This document shows positions 9,982 to 19,764 of a stretch of DNA of 64,000 bases, piece by piece. The notes under the pieces were generated by a model. It was not told where the DNA came from. It ran no database searches and saw only the letters and a program-made list of their open reading frames with translations. Both the position numbers and the translations under genes were made by a program. Source of the stretch: an uncultured Bacteroidaceae bacterium (GTDB lineage: Bacteria; Bacteroidota; Bacteroidia; Bacteroidales; GCA-2748055); the NCBI GenBank assembly GCA_964454295.1, contig CAYVTV010000001.1, positions 1,111-65,110 of the forward strand. The letters are read 5' to 3'. Position 1 is the stretch's first letter. The number at the start of each line of letters is the position of its first letter.

Positions 9982-10941
9982 ATGATTTCATTTATAATAA
10001 TAGGCTTAAATGAAGGATGGAAGCTGGAGTTATGCTTTAATAGTGTACAAAAGACCATAAAACAAAATTCATATATTAAGTCAGAAGTAATTTATGTTGA
10101 TTCAAATTCAACGGACAATAGTATTGAAATCGCAAAAAAATTTAGTTCAATAAAAATATATAAATTAACTGGAGATTGTAATGCTGCCATTGCAAGAAAT
10201 TTAGGTGCAAGTAAAGCAACCGGAGATATATTATTTTTTATTGATGGTGATATGGAGATTGAAACCGATTTTCTCAAAAATGTTATTAATCAAAATGGCA
10301 AGCTGTGTTATGAGTTTATAGGTGGATATTACATAGGGAATTATTATAATGATTATTGGGAAATAACTTATTCCAGACAATTCCCTCCTGCAACGAGAAT
10401 GAAAGCAGATTTTTTTGAAGCATTTACCGGAGGATTATTTATTGTTTCAAAAGAAAAATGGGACTTGGTGGGGGGTATGAAGAACTACATGTATGGGGGA
10501 GAAGATCCAGATTTTGCATTAAGACTTGCAGATGAGGGTATTTACAAATTGTGGATTAACAAGCTTATGGCTGTTCATCATACTTTAAAAGATATCCATA
10601 ATTCCAGTTATACATATTTTATTAAAAAAAGAAGCTTAAGTGGAAGAATTTTGCTATACCGTGAGAATTTCTTTTCAAAGCATGGTTTCAGACGGATGAT
10701 ACGAAATGAATATATGTCATTATTTTTGTTCATAACCATTATATTAGCAGGGTATGATTGCTTAATATTTTTATTTGCATTAGGTGTATATTTTTTTGGA
10801 TTATTAATGAGAACAATAAGAAAATATAGACAAATTATCAGGATCCCTCTTATGATTTTTAAAGATATTGTTTTTATATCAGGTTTTTTTACTTATTGGC
10901 CTAATAAAAAACTTGAAATCACTTATGAAGAAATAGAATAA
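9982..10941 (+). CDS. Glycosyltransferase family 2 with a C-terminal TM region
   Basis: ISFIIIGLNEG...YVDSNSTDNS...FFIDGDM. The C-terminal segments are hydrophobic. Confidence 0.8.
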   Translation: MISFIIIGLNEGWKLELCFNSVQKTIKQNSYIKSEVIYVDSNSTDNSIEIAKKFSSIKIYKLTGDCNAAIARNLGASKATGDILFFIDGDMEIETDFLKNVINQNGKLCYEFIGGYYIGNYYNDYWEITYSRQFPPATRMKADFFEAFTGGLFIVSKEKWDLVGGMKNYMYGGEDPDFALRLADEGIYKLWINKLMAVHHTLKDIHNSSYTYFIKKRSLSGRILLYRENFFSKHGFRRMIRNEYMSLFLFITIILAGYDCLIFLFALGVYFFGLLMRTIRKYRQIIRIPLMIFKDIVFISGFFTYWPNKKLEITYEEIE

Positions 10942-11025
10942 TGATTAACCTAATAATTCATGATTCATGAATTGAAAAAATAAAATTTATCTATTAATTC
11001 AAGATGCTTTAAGTTAAAAAAACAA

Positions 11026-12102
11026 ATGTCAAAAATATATTTACTTGGAGATGTAGCATTTAATGGGCTATTTTCTGATGATCCTGATAATAACTCAAAG
11101 CGCTTTTTTCAAATAATGAATTTTTTTAAGGATTCAGATCTGATATTTGCAAACCTTGAGTTTCCTGTAAAAGAAGGATTTGAACAAAATGAATATAAAA
11201 AATTTATTCATTACGCAGAACATGAACAAACCTATAACTTATTAAAATTATTAAATATAGGGTGTGTTTCACTTGCAAATAATCATATTTATGATTATAA
11301 ATTACTAGGCTTAAAAGCAACCATTAACATTCTTGATGAATTAGGTATTTATCATACAGGAGCAGGGTGGAGAGAGGAACACATAAAACCTGTAATAATT
11401 GATAAAAATGGATGTAAAATAGGCTTTATAGCCTACGTTGACAAAAGCACTAATCCTAAGACAGAAAATTTTCAGGAATTTTATATTAATGATCTGGAAT
11501 CTAAAAAGATTGTTAATGATATCAAATATCTAAGTAAAAAAGTTGATAAGATAATCTGCAGCTTGCATTGGGGAAATGATTATTCAAATTATCATACCAG
11601 GAATCAGCAAAAAGTAGCATATGAAATTATAGATGCAGGTGCAGATGTAATAATGGGGCATCATCCTCACACAATACAGAGTCTGGAGAAGTATAAACAG
11701 GGAATCATTTTTTACAGCTTGGGGCAGCTTTGTTTTGGTGATTTTTACTGGGAGGGAAAATTAAGAGCCTTAAAAAGGAAAACAAAGAAAGGAATGATAG
11801 TTCAGTTTAATGATCCTGAATTAAAAATTTTTAACCTGATACCCACACATGAGAAAAAAGGTAATTTCATTAGCATTCCTCAAACAGATTTATCCAGGAA
11901 AATTAAGTGCTTAAGCAAGATCAACAAATTATCGCTAAAAAACAGTTTCTGCCTGTTTTTGGTAAATATTAAAGAAAATGTTTTCGATCGTTTATATGAA
12001 TATTTCTTTGGCTATTACAGGAACCCCTTGAGACAATTTATTAATGTAAAAAATTATACTAAAGCAACTTACATTATAAGGGATGTTAAAAAGGGAATAT
12101 GA
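11026..12102 (+). CDS. CapA-family (PGA_cap, metallophosphatase-like) protein
   Basis: FANLEFPV, SLANNHIYDY...GLKATINILDELGIYHTGAG and MGHHPH are typical of CapA/YwtB-type proteins. Confidence 0.75.
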   Translation: MSKIYLLGDVAFNGLFSDDPDNNSKRFFQIMNFFKDSDLIFANLEFPVKEGFEQNEYKKFIHYAEHEQTYNLLKLLNIGCVSLANNHIYDYKLLGLKATINILDELGIYHTGAGWREEHIKPVIIDKNGCKIGFIAYVDKSTNPKTENFQEFYINDLESKKIVNDIKYLSKKVDKIICSLHWGNDYSNYHTRNQQKVAYEIIDAGADVIMGHHPHTIQSLEKYKQGIIFYSLGQLCFGDFYWEGKLRALKRKTKKGMIVQFNDPELKIFNLIPTHEKKGNFISIPQTDLSRKIKCLSKINKLSLKNSFCLFLVNIKENVFDRLYEYFFGYYRNPLRQFINVKNYTKATYIIRDVKKGI

Positions 12103-13847
12103 AACATCTTTCACAAAACAAAAAATGGTATATTTCGAATATTCATGGTCTTTTTAATCATGGTGTAAATTCATTCGGGTTTTTTTCAAATCTCGAATCT
12201 AAATCTAAAGAAAAGATCGGTGTATTTATTGATGGATATGTAATTCCACGCTTATCTGTTCATGAAAAATATACCGGCAAAACACAATATGAATTAATTC
12301 GGGAACTTTATGCAAGTTACAAAAGCAACATGATTGATTATATCAAAGGCTCATTTATAATCATTATTTTCTTTGAAAACCAGGTTGAGATTTTTAGTGA
12401 CCGACATAATACAAAAAAGTACTTCATTTACAGGCAAAATAATTCTTTCTTAATTTCTAATTCAGTTAAATTAATCTCAGAAAAAATCAGTCTTGAGTTT
12501 TCTCCTGAAAATGCTGCACTTTATTGTCTTATGGATCACTTTACTGGTGAACAGACTCTTTTTAGTAATCTAAATCAAAGTTTACCGGCAACTTATTTGG
12601 TATTCAATGAGGAAATTAAATGTAGTCAATATTGGTTGCCTAAAGACCTTTTTAACCGCAATCAGAAAAAAATAAGAACAAGTGAATTTGCAATTAACTG
12701 GAGTTCAATAATCAAAGCTTACATTGATTTTCTTAAACCCGTTGAAACAGGAATAACATTAACGGGTGGAAATGATAGCAGAATGGTACTTGCCGCCTTG
12801 TTGAGAAATGGAATAAAACCAAAAATTTTTACTTTTGGTAATCCCTGTTCGGCTGATGGATATATTGCTAGAAAAGTTGCCAACGCTCTTGAAATAGATA
12901 ATAATATTCATTTTGTTTCTACTCCTACAAAAGATTGGTTTAGTGAAAAATCAAAAAGAATCATCAGGGAGGGAAATTTGTTGGTAAATATTCATCGTGC
13001 ACACAGGCTTGATGCTATTGAATGCGAAAAAAAACTAAATCCTGATCTAAATATGGTTTTTACAGGCTTGGTTGGAGGTGAATATATTAAAGGATCTGGC
13101 AATAATGGTCAGGTTATACCTGAGATTTTGCATAAATTCAAAAAATGTAAAAATAAAAATAGACAAATCAAACTGATTTCCAGGGAATTGGAAAATTCAG
13201 GTATTAAACAAGACTCATTAAATATTAACGTAATCTATGATCATTTTAAAAAAATTGATGAAGCCGGAAAAAATTTTTCAGAAAAACAAAGACAATTTAT
13301 TTATACATACTATTATTATGCAGTAGCTCACCATACACAAGATCCAATTATGTTTTCCCTTTACATTCCATATACGGTCAATCCGTTTATGGATATTGAT
13401 TTTCTTGATATGCTTGCCTGTACAAAGTTTTGGTTTGTAAATAATAAATATTCTTTTTTTAAAAGGCTATGGCATTCTTATCTCCCTGTTAAAGTAACAG
13501 ATTTACTATTCAATAAATTGTCTGATATTCCTTATGCTAAAAAAGGTTCTTATACAGGAAAGGATATGTTGTACAATCCTTTGTTATATTTAATAAAGAG
13601 GTTAACATATTTAATAAATCCAAAACATTCCATCTTCCCTCAAAATTTTCCTATGCAAGATTGGATATATCAATTTACTCAAGAAGAAATTAAAGCGATT
13701 CATCCACACCTAAAAGAATTATTTAATATTGAAATTCTTAATAATCGTTTGAACGAAATAAAATCTCAAACCACGGAAGATGCATGGCATGTTATTACAA
13801 ATCCAATAAACCTTTCTTTAAATCTAAAATATTATTTAGAAGAATAA
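12099..13847 (+). CDS. Asparagine synthase-like PP-loop amidoligase (no N-terminal Cys nucleophile)
   Basis: PP-loop motif LTGGNDSRMVLAAL. The N-terminus MKHLSQ... lacks the Cys2 of glutamine-hydrolysing AsnB. ATGA overlap with capA. Confidence 0.7.
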   Translation: MKHLSQNKKWYISNIHGLFNHGVNSFGFFSNLESKSKEKIGVFIDGYVIPRLSVHEKYTGKTQYELIRELYASYKSNMIDYIKGSFIIIIFFENQVEIFSDRHNTKKYFIYRQNNSFLISNSVKLISEKISLEFSPENAALYCLMDHFTGEQTLFSNLNQSLPATYLVFNEEIKCSQYWLPKDLFNRNQKKIRTSEFAINWSSIIKAYIDFLKPVETGITLTGGNDSRMVLAALLRNGIKPKIFTFGNPCSADGYIARKVANALEIDNNIHFVSTPTKDWFSEKSKRIIREGNLLVNIHRAHRLDAIECEKKLNPDLNMVFTGLVGGEYIKGSGNNGQVIPEILHKFKKCKNKNRQIKLISRELENSGIKQDSLNINVIYDHFKKIDEAGKNFSEKQRQFIYTYYYYAVAHHTQDPIMFSLYIPYTVNPFMDIDFLDMLACTKFWFVNNKYSFFKRLWHSYLPVKVTDLLFNKLSDIPYAKKGSYTGKDMLYNPLLYLIKRLTYLINPKHSIFPQNFPMQDWIYQFTQEEIKAIHPHLKELFNIEILNNRLNEIKSQTTEDAWHVITNPINLSLNLKYYLEE

Positions 13848-13916
13848 ATCTAGGGGTTGGCAATAACTGATGATTATGTAAAATTTCTATCCTTTTCTTT
13901 CCTGATAAATTACTAA

Positions 13917-14999
13917 GTGAAAAAAATTAAAGCCATCATACTTTCCAATGAACTTCCTAATGATCATTTACTTTGGGTAAAAGCATGCGAAAAATTTAAA
14001 GAACAGTTGGAATACCATATTGTCAATCTGACTCAAAACAACTGGCTTGATGAAATCCAAAGCTTTCCTTTTGAAATCTTCCTTGCGAAACCTCCCGGCC
14101 TTACCGCCCTTTTCAAACAGCTTTACGACGAACGTATCTACATCCTTGGCAAAGTGCTGAATTATGAGATATTTCCCTCTCCGGAAGAAATATTTATTTA
14201 CGAAAACAAACGCCTTCTCTCTTTCTGGTGTAAGGCCAACGGTATACCCCATCCCTCCACGCATGTGTTTTATAGTCGTGAAGAAGCAGAATCATTCATA
14301 AACACTTCCAACATACCCCTTGTTGCCAAAACCAATATCGGGGCTTCAGGCAGTGGGGTAAAAATCCTTCATGACATCAAAGAAATAACTATATATATAC
14401 AAAAATCCTTTTCACAGAGAGGCGCACCCAAACGCATTGGACCTAATCTGGACAAAGGAGGCTTATTGAAAAGAGGGTTTCACTATGTCTTCCACCCAAC
14501 AGATATCCCAAAGAAACTCAGTATTTACAAATCAAAGTGCTTAGATCGCCAGGCAGGGTTTGTTATTTTACAGGAATACATTCCCCACAGTTTTGAATGG
14601 AGGGTGGTGCGTATCGGTGATTCCTTCTTCGCGCATAAAAAATTAAAGTTGGGTGAAAAAGCCAGCGGTTCTCTTAAAAAAGGCTACGATAAGCCACCTC
14701 TTGCCCTGTTAGATTTTGTGAAAAATATTACAGATAGACACCAGTTCTTCAGTCAGGCAATAGACATTTTCGAAACAGGACAAGGCTACCTGGTCAATGA
14801 AATGCAGTGCATCTTCGGACAAAGCGAATCTTATCAGATGCTGGTGAATGGTAAACCGGGAAGATACAGGTTCATAGAGGGAAAGTGGACATTCGAGGAA
14901 GGAGATTTTGCGAGGAATCAATGCTACGATCTCAGGATAGAATTCCTGATTGAAAAATGCAGTAAATCAACCCTTTATACATCTCTGAAAAATTCATAA
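13917..14999 (+). CDS. ATP-grasp domain protein (RimK-like carboxylate-amine ligase)
   Basis: Apparent GTG start. IPLVAKTNIGASGSGVKIL and ILQEYIPHSFEWRVVRIGDSFFAHKK match the ATP-grasp pattern. Confidence 0.7.
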   Translation: MKKIKAIILSNELPNDHLLWVKACEKFKEQLEYHIVNLTQNNWLDEIQSFPFEIFLAKPPGLTALFKQLYDERIYILGKVLNYEIFPSPEEIFIYENKRLLSFWCKANGIPHPSTHVFYSREEAESFINTSNIPLVAKTNIGASGSGVKILHDIKEITIYIQKSFSQRGAPKRIGPNLDKGGLLKRGFHYVFHPTDIPKKLSIYKSKCLDRQAGFVILQEYIPHSFEWRVVRIGDSFFAHKKLKLGEKASGSLKKGYDKPPLALLDFVKNITDRHQFFSQAIDIFETGQGYLVNEMQCIFGQSESYQMLVNGKPGRYRFIEGKWTFEEGDFARNQCYDLRIEFLIEKCSKSTLYTSLKNS

Positions 15000-15017
15000 C
15001 CAAGGAATAAATAAGGA

Positions 15018-15923
15018 ATGAAAGTGCTCTATATTTCAAGCGGAAACTCAGTAAAGGGGATTAGTCCGATCATTCTTAATCAGGGCGAATCTCTTAGAAA
15101 AGCTTGCGTGGATGTAAAATATTTTTCAATAAAGGGAAAGGGAGCAGTAGCATATATACAGCATATATTTTTATTACGAAAATACATTCGAAAAGGTCAT
15201 TTTGACATATATCATGCACATTATTCACTATCTGCAATAACTGCCACATTGGCTGGGTGTAACCCTTTGGTTGTTTCACTGATGGGAAGCGATTCCAAAA
15301 CCAGTTTCATCTTGAAAACCCTGATAAGGCTTTTATCCACCTTATGGTGGAAGTCGGTAATTGTAAAATCCGAGTCTATGCGAAAGGACATTCGTATAAA
15401 TAAGTCAGTTGTGATTCCCAATGGGGTTGATTTATTTAAAGTAAAACCTGTTGGGGTCCATTCCTCTTCCTCGAAAAAAAAAATATTATTCGCGGCAAAT
15501 CCGCAAAGGTATGAGAAGAACTTTACATTGGCTAAAAGTGCATTTTCTTTGGTGAATGATCCCAAATTAGAATTATGTGTTGTGCATTCGATATCTCATG
15601 ATGAAATTTTGAGTGAGATTAACACATCAGATATAGTACTATTAACCTCCCGTTGGGAAGGTTCTCCTAACATTATTAAAGAAGCTATGGCCTGTAACTG
15701 CCCAATTGTGGCAACGGATGTAGGAGATGTAAAATGGATTCTTGGTAATACGAAAGGTTGTTTTATTACCTCACTTGATCCGGAGGATGTGGCAAAGAAA
15801 ATAAAAGCAGCTCTTAATTTTGGTAAAAGAACAAACGGACGGAAAAGGATAATTGAATTGGAATTAGATTCGGAAATAATAGCTGGAAGAATAATTCAAA
15901 TCTACAAAGAACTTTTAAACTAA
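15018..15923 (+). CDS. Glycosyltransferase family 4 (GT-B, GT1 clan)
   Basis: C-terminal EGSPNIIKEAMACNCPIVATDVGD motif. Confidence 0.8.
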   Translation: MKVLYISSGNSVKGISPIILNQGESLRKACVDVKYFSIKGKGAVAYIQHIFLLRKYIRKGHFDIYHAHYSLSAITATLAGCNPLVVSLMGSDSKTSFILKTLIRLLSTLWWKSVIVKSESMRKDIRINKSVVIPNGVDLFKVKPVGVHSSSSKKKILFAANPQRYEKNFTLAKSAFSLVNDPKLELCVVHSISHDEILSEINTSDIVLLTSRWEGSPNIIKEAMACNCPIVATDVGDVKWILGNTKGCFITSLDPEDVAKKIKAALNFGKRTNGRKRIIELELDSEIIAGRIIQIYKELLN

Positions 15924-16032
15924 ATATTTTTCTGATTCTGAGCTATTTTACGTGTTATTCTATAGTAAAAATTGTACCCACATAAAAACAGATTGGTTTC
16001 ACGGATTGTTACAGAATTTATGACCGGGTGAG

Positions 16033-17034
16033 ATGAAAACTCTTATTAATAAAGACATTCCAATAGATGGATGGAAAGAATTTCTAGTTAATAATCCTCA
16101 TGGCAATCCATTTCAGTCATTTGAATTCTATGAGTTTTCTAACTCTGTTTTTGGTTTCTCAGCTCATGCAATTTCTGTAGTTCAACAGAAAAAAATTATT
16201 GCCCTAACAGTTATTACAATTCAGAAAGAACCCGGACTGAAAGGCTTTTTCTCACGCAGGGGGATTATCTATGGAGGGCCGTTAATTGATGAAAAATATC
16301 CCGAATCATCTAATCTTCTGCTTAAAGAAATCCATTCAGCCTTAGGCAAAAAAGTCATATATATTGAATCACGTAATTTTTCTGATTATTCAGGATTTGA
16401 TGATATATTCTCTCTTAATGGCTGGAAGTTTATTCCATATCTTAATATCACAATAAATCTTCAGAATAAAAGTCTGTCGGAGGTTATTTCAGGAATGAAG
16501 TATAACCGCCGGAGGGAGATCCGAATATCCCTCGAAATGAAAGCTAAATACAGTGAATGTAAAACCGAAGAGAATTTAGCATCATTGTTTCAAATACTCA
16601 GAGATCTTTATAAAGATCAGGTTAAACTTCCTTTACCAGGTTATGACTTTTTCAAAGCATTATGGCTGTCATGTACTGGGAAGGTATTTATTGTCAAACA
16701 CAATGATAAAATTATTGGAGGAAGTTTTTGCCTTGTATTACAGGGAAAGGCTATATATACTATGTATTATTGTGGACTTCGTAATTATGACAAGAAAATC
16801 TACCCTGCTCATCTAGCTGTGCTGGCTGCTATAGAACACGGTATAAAGAATGGCTTACAATATCTCGATTTTATGGGTGCAGGCAAAAAAGGAGAAGAGT
16901 ATGGAGTAAGGAAATATAAGCAGGAATTTGGCGGGCAGCTGAACGAATACGGGAGGTATATAAAAATACAGAATCGGTTTTTATATATATTGGGAAAGTT
17001 TATATTAAAGATGAGAAAAAGTCTCCAAAGCTAA
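16033..17034 (+). CDS. FemAB-family / Acetyltransf_6-like transferase (second copy in the locus)
   Basis: MKYNRRREIRISLE motif and C-terminal YLDFMGAG...YKQEFGG. The length and architecture resemble 8029..9084. Confidence 0.6.
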   Translation: MKTLINKDIPIDGWKEFLVNNPHGNPFQSFEFYEFSNSVFGFSAHAISVVQQKKIIALTVITIQKEPGLKGFFSRRGIIYGGPLIDEKYPESSNLLLKEIHSALGKKVIYIESRNFSDYSGFDDIFSLNGWKFIPYLNITINLQNKSLSEVISGMKYNRRREIRISLEMKAKYSECKTEENLASLFQILRDLYKDQVKLPLPGYDFFKALWLSCTGKVFIVKHNDKIIGGSFCLVLQGKAIYTMYYCGLRNYDKKIYPAHLAVLAAIEHGIKNGLQYLDFMGAGKKGEEYGVRKYKQEFGGQLNEYGRYIKIQNRFLYILGKFILKMRKSLQS

Positions 17035-17164
17035 TATTACATGATCTGTGAAAATCTGTGGTCTATGATAGCTCTGTTTTGTAATGCTGTTGTTTATTTT
17101 AATTGTCAAAATTTCCATAGAGACCTTTGCATGATCCTTCGAAATATTTTGTTGTAAAAATTAT

Positions 17165-17242
17165 AACCACGAAGGCGCACTGCCCCTATGCTGAATCCTT
17201 GGCGCAAGAATAAAGGAATTCACGAAGGTTCCACAAAAGGAA
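17165..17242. repeat. Degenerate copy of the family-1 brick repeat
   Basis: aaccacgaaggcgcac...ccttggcgcaag...ttcacgaaggttccacaaaagg lies upstream of the DUF354 gene. Confidence 0.5.
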
Positions 17243-17318
17243 GACTTTCTCCAGCAATTTTAACTACCAACAATGTTTTAAACAGATTGTCTATGATCCA
17301 TGGTATAATGTTTAACAA

Positions 17319-18410
17319 ATGAACATCCTCATCGACATAGGGCACCCCGCTCACGTCCACTACTACCGCAACCTTGCCAACGAGCTGGTTCAACGCGGCC
17401 ATGAAGTAATATGGACAGTTAAAGAAATTCATGTGGCTAAAAAATTACTGGATCATTACGGATTCGCCTATACCGTTTTCCCGAAAAAGTCGGATAAAAT
17501 TTTTGGGAAAGCATGGAGGCAACTCCAATATAATATTAAACTTTATCGGATCTGTCGGAAAGAAAAAATCAACTTAGCCATTGGCACTTCAGTCAGCGCA
17601 GTGCATGTATCATTAATCTCTACCGTTAAATCCATTGTTTTTGATGATGATGACGATGCTGTACAGCCATTTATCACTAAATACGTTAATCCATTTGCTG
17701 ATGCCCTCGTATCACCGGAAGCTTTGAAAGGTAAACGAAAAAGAAAAGACACCATTTATTATCCGGGTTACCATGAACTGGCATATCTGCATCCGAAACG
17801 CTTTTCTCCCGACCCCGCTGTATTAAAAGATGCCGGCCTTACGCCCGGCGATACTTTCTTCATCATGCGTTTCAATGCCTTTAAGGCACACCACGATGTG
17901 GGTATCAACGGCCTTTCCATTAAACAAAAACTGGAACTTATTAAATTGCTGAAACCTCACGGAAAAATTTTCATCACTACCGAACGGGATATCGAACCGG
18001 AATTAAAAGAATTCCAACTGAAAATAAATCCCGAAAAAATCCACTCTTTAATGGCTTTTACCACACTTTTTCTCGGCGATAGCCAGACAATGACCTCCGA
18101 AGCCGCCGTACTTGGAATCCCTTCCCTCAGATGTAACTCATTTGCAGGCCGTATTTCATACCTGGAAGAAGAAGAACATACTTACGGCTTAACATTTGGA
18201 TTTAAACCGGAAGATTTTCTAAAAATGCTTGCTAAATTAAAGGAACTGCTCTCTATGCCTGACTTACAAGTGGAATTTCAAAAACGCAGGCAGAATATGT
18301 TGAATGACAAAATTGATGTAACAGCTTTTTGGCTGTGGTTTATTGAAAATTATTATGAATATCGATCAATAAATCTTGATAATCATGATTTTTGGGCTCA
18401 ATTCAAGTAA
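17319..18410 (+). CDS. DUF354-family protein (GT-B-like, commonly paired with wecB)
   Basis: 363-aa ORF with N-terminus MNILIDIGHPAHVHYYRNLANEL. A degraded paralog lies at 22349..23094. Confidence 0.7.
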   Translation: MNILIDIGHPAHVHYYRNLANELVQRGHEVIWTVKEIHVAKKLLDHYGFAYTVFPKKSDKIFGKAWRQLQYNIKLYRICRKEKINLAIGTSVSAVHVSLISTVKSIVFDDDDDAVQPFITKYVNPFADALVSPEALKGKRKRKDTIYYPGYHELAYLHPKRFSPDPAVLKDAGLTPGDTFFIMRFNAFKAHHDVGINGLSIKQKLELIKLLKPHGKIFITTERDIEPELKEFQLKINPEKIHSLMAFTTLFLGDSQTMTSEAAVLGIPSLRCNSFAGRISYLEEEEHTYGLTFGFKPEDFLKMLAKLKELLSMPDLQVEFQKRRQNMLNDKIDVTAFWLWFIENYYEYRSINLDNHDFWAQFK

Positions 18411-18544
18411 AGCAGGAAATTATGAGGGTTTTAAATTACAGTCATTTATAATAATTATTCTCTTTAATTTAGTTGAGTAATTTTATTATTTTTTTGAACA
18501 AATTTGAAAAAAAATTGTAAGTAATGGTATAAATTTTAGATATT

Positions 18545-19759
18545 ATGAATAAAATAATTATTGTGTTGATATTAGTTGCTATTAATTATTCCTTGGCAGC
18601 TCAAAAAAATCGTTCTATACTTAAGGAAAATAATTGTGAAGAATATTCACAAATGGTTGATTCAGTTTATGTTTATGATTGGAATAAAACAATTAATAAA
18701 TGGATACTTAACACAATCTGGCAATATAATAATACCGATGGGAAACAAGATCGTCTTTTATTTATTCGTGCAAACAATAGAGAACCCATAAGAGCATGGG
18801 ATTATTATTATGACGCTAATGGAAACAGAAATTATGAAGTTTCAACCTATTGGAGAAATAATAATTGGGTACTAAATCAAAAAATAGAATCAGAATTTAG
18901 TGAAGACAACAAAAAAATAAATCAATTGAATAGTTTATGGCGAAATGAATCTTGGGTTTTCAGTAGTTATTACTATACTGAATACTCGGAAGATGGCAAG
19001 CTTATTAGGATTAATTATCAATCAATGGATATGGACGGATCTCTTTATGATCGGTCATATTCATTGTATGCATATGAAAATGAACGATTAATTGAAGTAA
19101 AAGGTTTCAGCGCTTTAGACGGATCAATGACAGGAATTAATAAATATTTTTATGACCATAATGATTTACTTTCTGAATTCCTGATTATAATTCCTAAAAT
19201 ATCTGATACAAACAGTATCGACTTTGTTCCATCCAAGAGGAGATTATATTATTACGATAATTTTTCTCTTTTAAGAGAAGTTTTGTTTCAGGGTTGGAAT
19301 GAATCAGAGTGGCAAACAACCTCCAAATATGTTTACTATAGAAAAATAGATAATGCCCGGAAAGTTAGTGTCTGTCATAATGGTCAAACACTTTGTATAT
19401 CAGTTAATGCATTACCAGCACACCTGGCACACGGAGACAAATTAGGTAAATGCAGTGTTGAAAATCAACCCGGTAAAAGGAAATCAGCCAAAGTAGAAAG
19501 TGAAATAAATAAGAGTAATTCACTTAGTTTTTATCCCAATCCTGCAATTGATAGAATTGAAATAAAGTTTCCGGATAATTTATCTCATGAAATTACAAGA
19601 ATTGATGTAGTAGATTTTTATGGAAAAATGTTAAGAACATATAATGTAAGAGGAATAAATGAATTTACAGTTTATCGGGAGGATTTAAAGAGTGGCAATT
19701 ATTTTATAAGATTAACATCTGCGAAAGAGACCTTTAGCGGGATTGTAATATTTGAATAA
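18545..19759 (+). CDS. Secreted protein with a T9SS (Por) C-terminal sorting domain
   Basis: It has a signal peptide (MNKIIIVLILVAINYSLAAQ) and a VCHNGQTLCISVNALPAHLAHGDKLGKC motif. The C-terminal ~80 aa (FYPNPAIDRIEIKF...GNYFIRL...GIVIFE) match the T9SS CTD pattern. The gene is very AT-rich. Confidence 0.7.
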   Translation: MNKIIIVLILVAINYSLAAQKNRSILKENNCEEYSQMVDSVYVYDWNKTINKWILNTIWQYNNTDGKQDRLLFIRANNREPIRAWDYYYDANGNRNYEVSTYWRNNNWVLNQKIESEFSEDNKKINQLNSLWRNESWVFSSYYYTEYSEDGKLIRINYQSMDMDGSLYDRSYSLYAYENERLIEVKGFSALDGSMTGINKYFYDHNDLLSEFLIIIPKISDTNSIDFVPSKRRLYYYDNFSLLREVLFQGWNESEWQTTSKYVYYRKIDNARKVSVCHNGQTLCISVNALPAHLAHGDKLGKCSVENQPGKRKSAKVESEINKSNSLSFYPNPAIDRIEIKFPDNLSHEITRIDVVDFYGKMLRTYNVRGINEFTVYREDLKSGNYFIRLTSAKETFSGIVIFE

Positions 19760-19764
19760 GCTTA

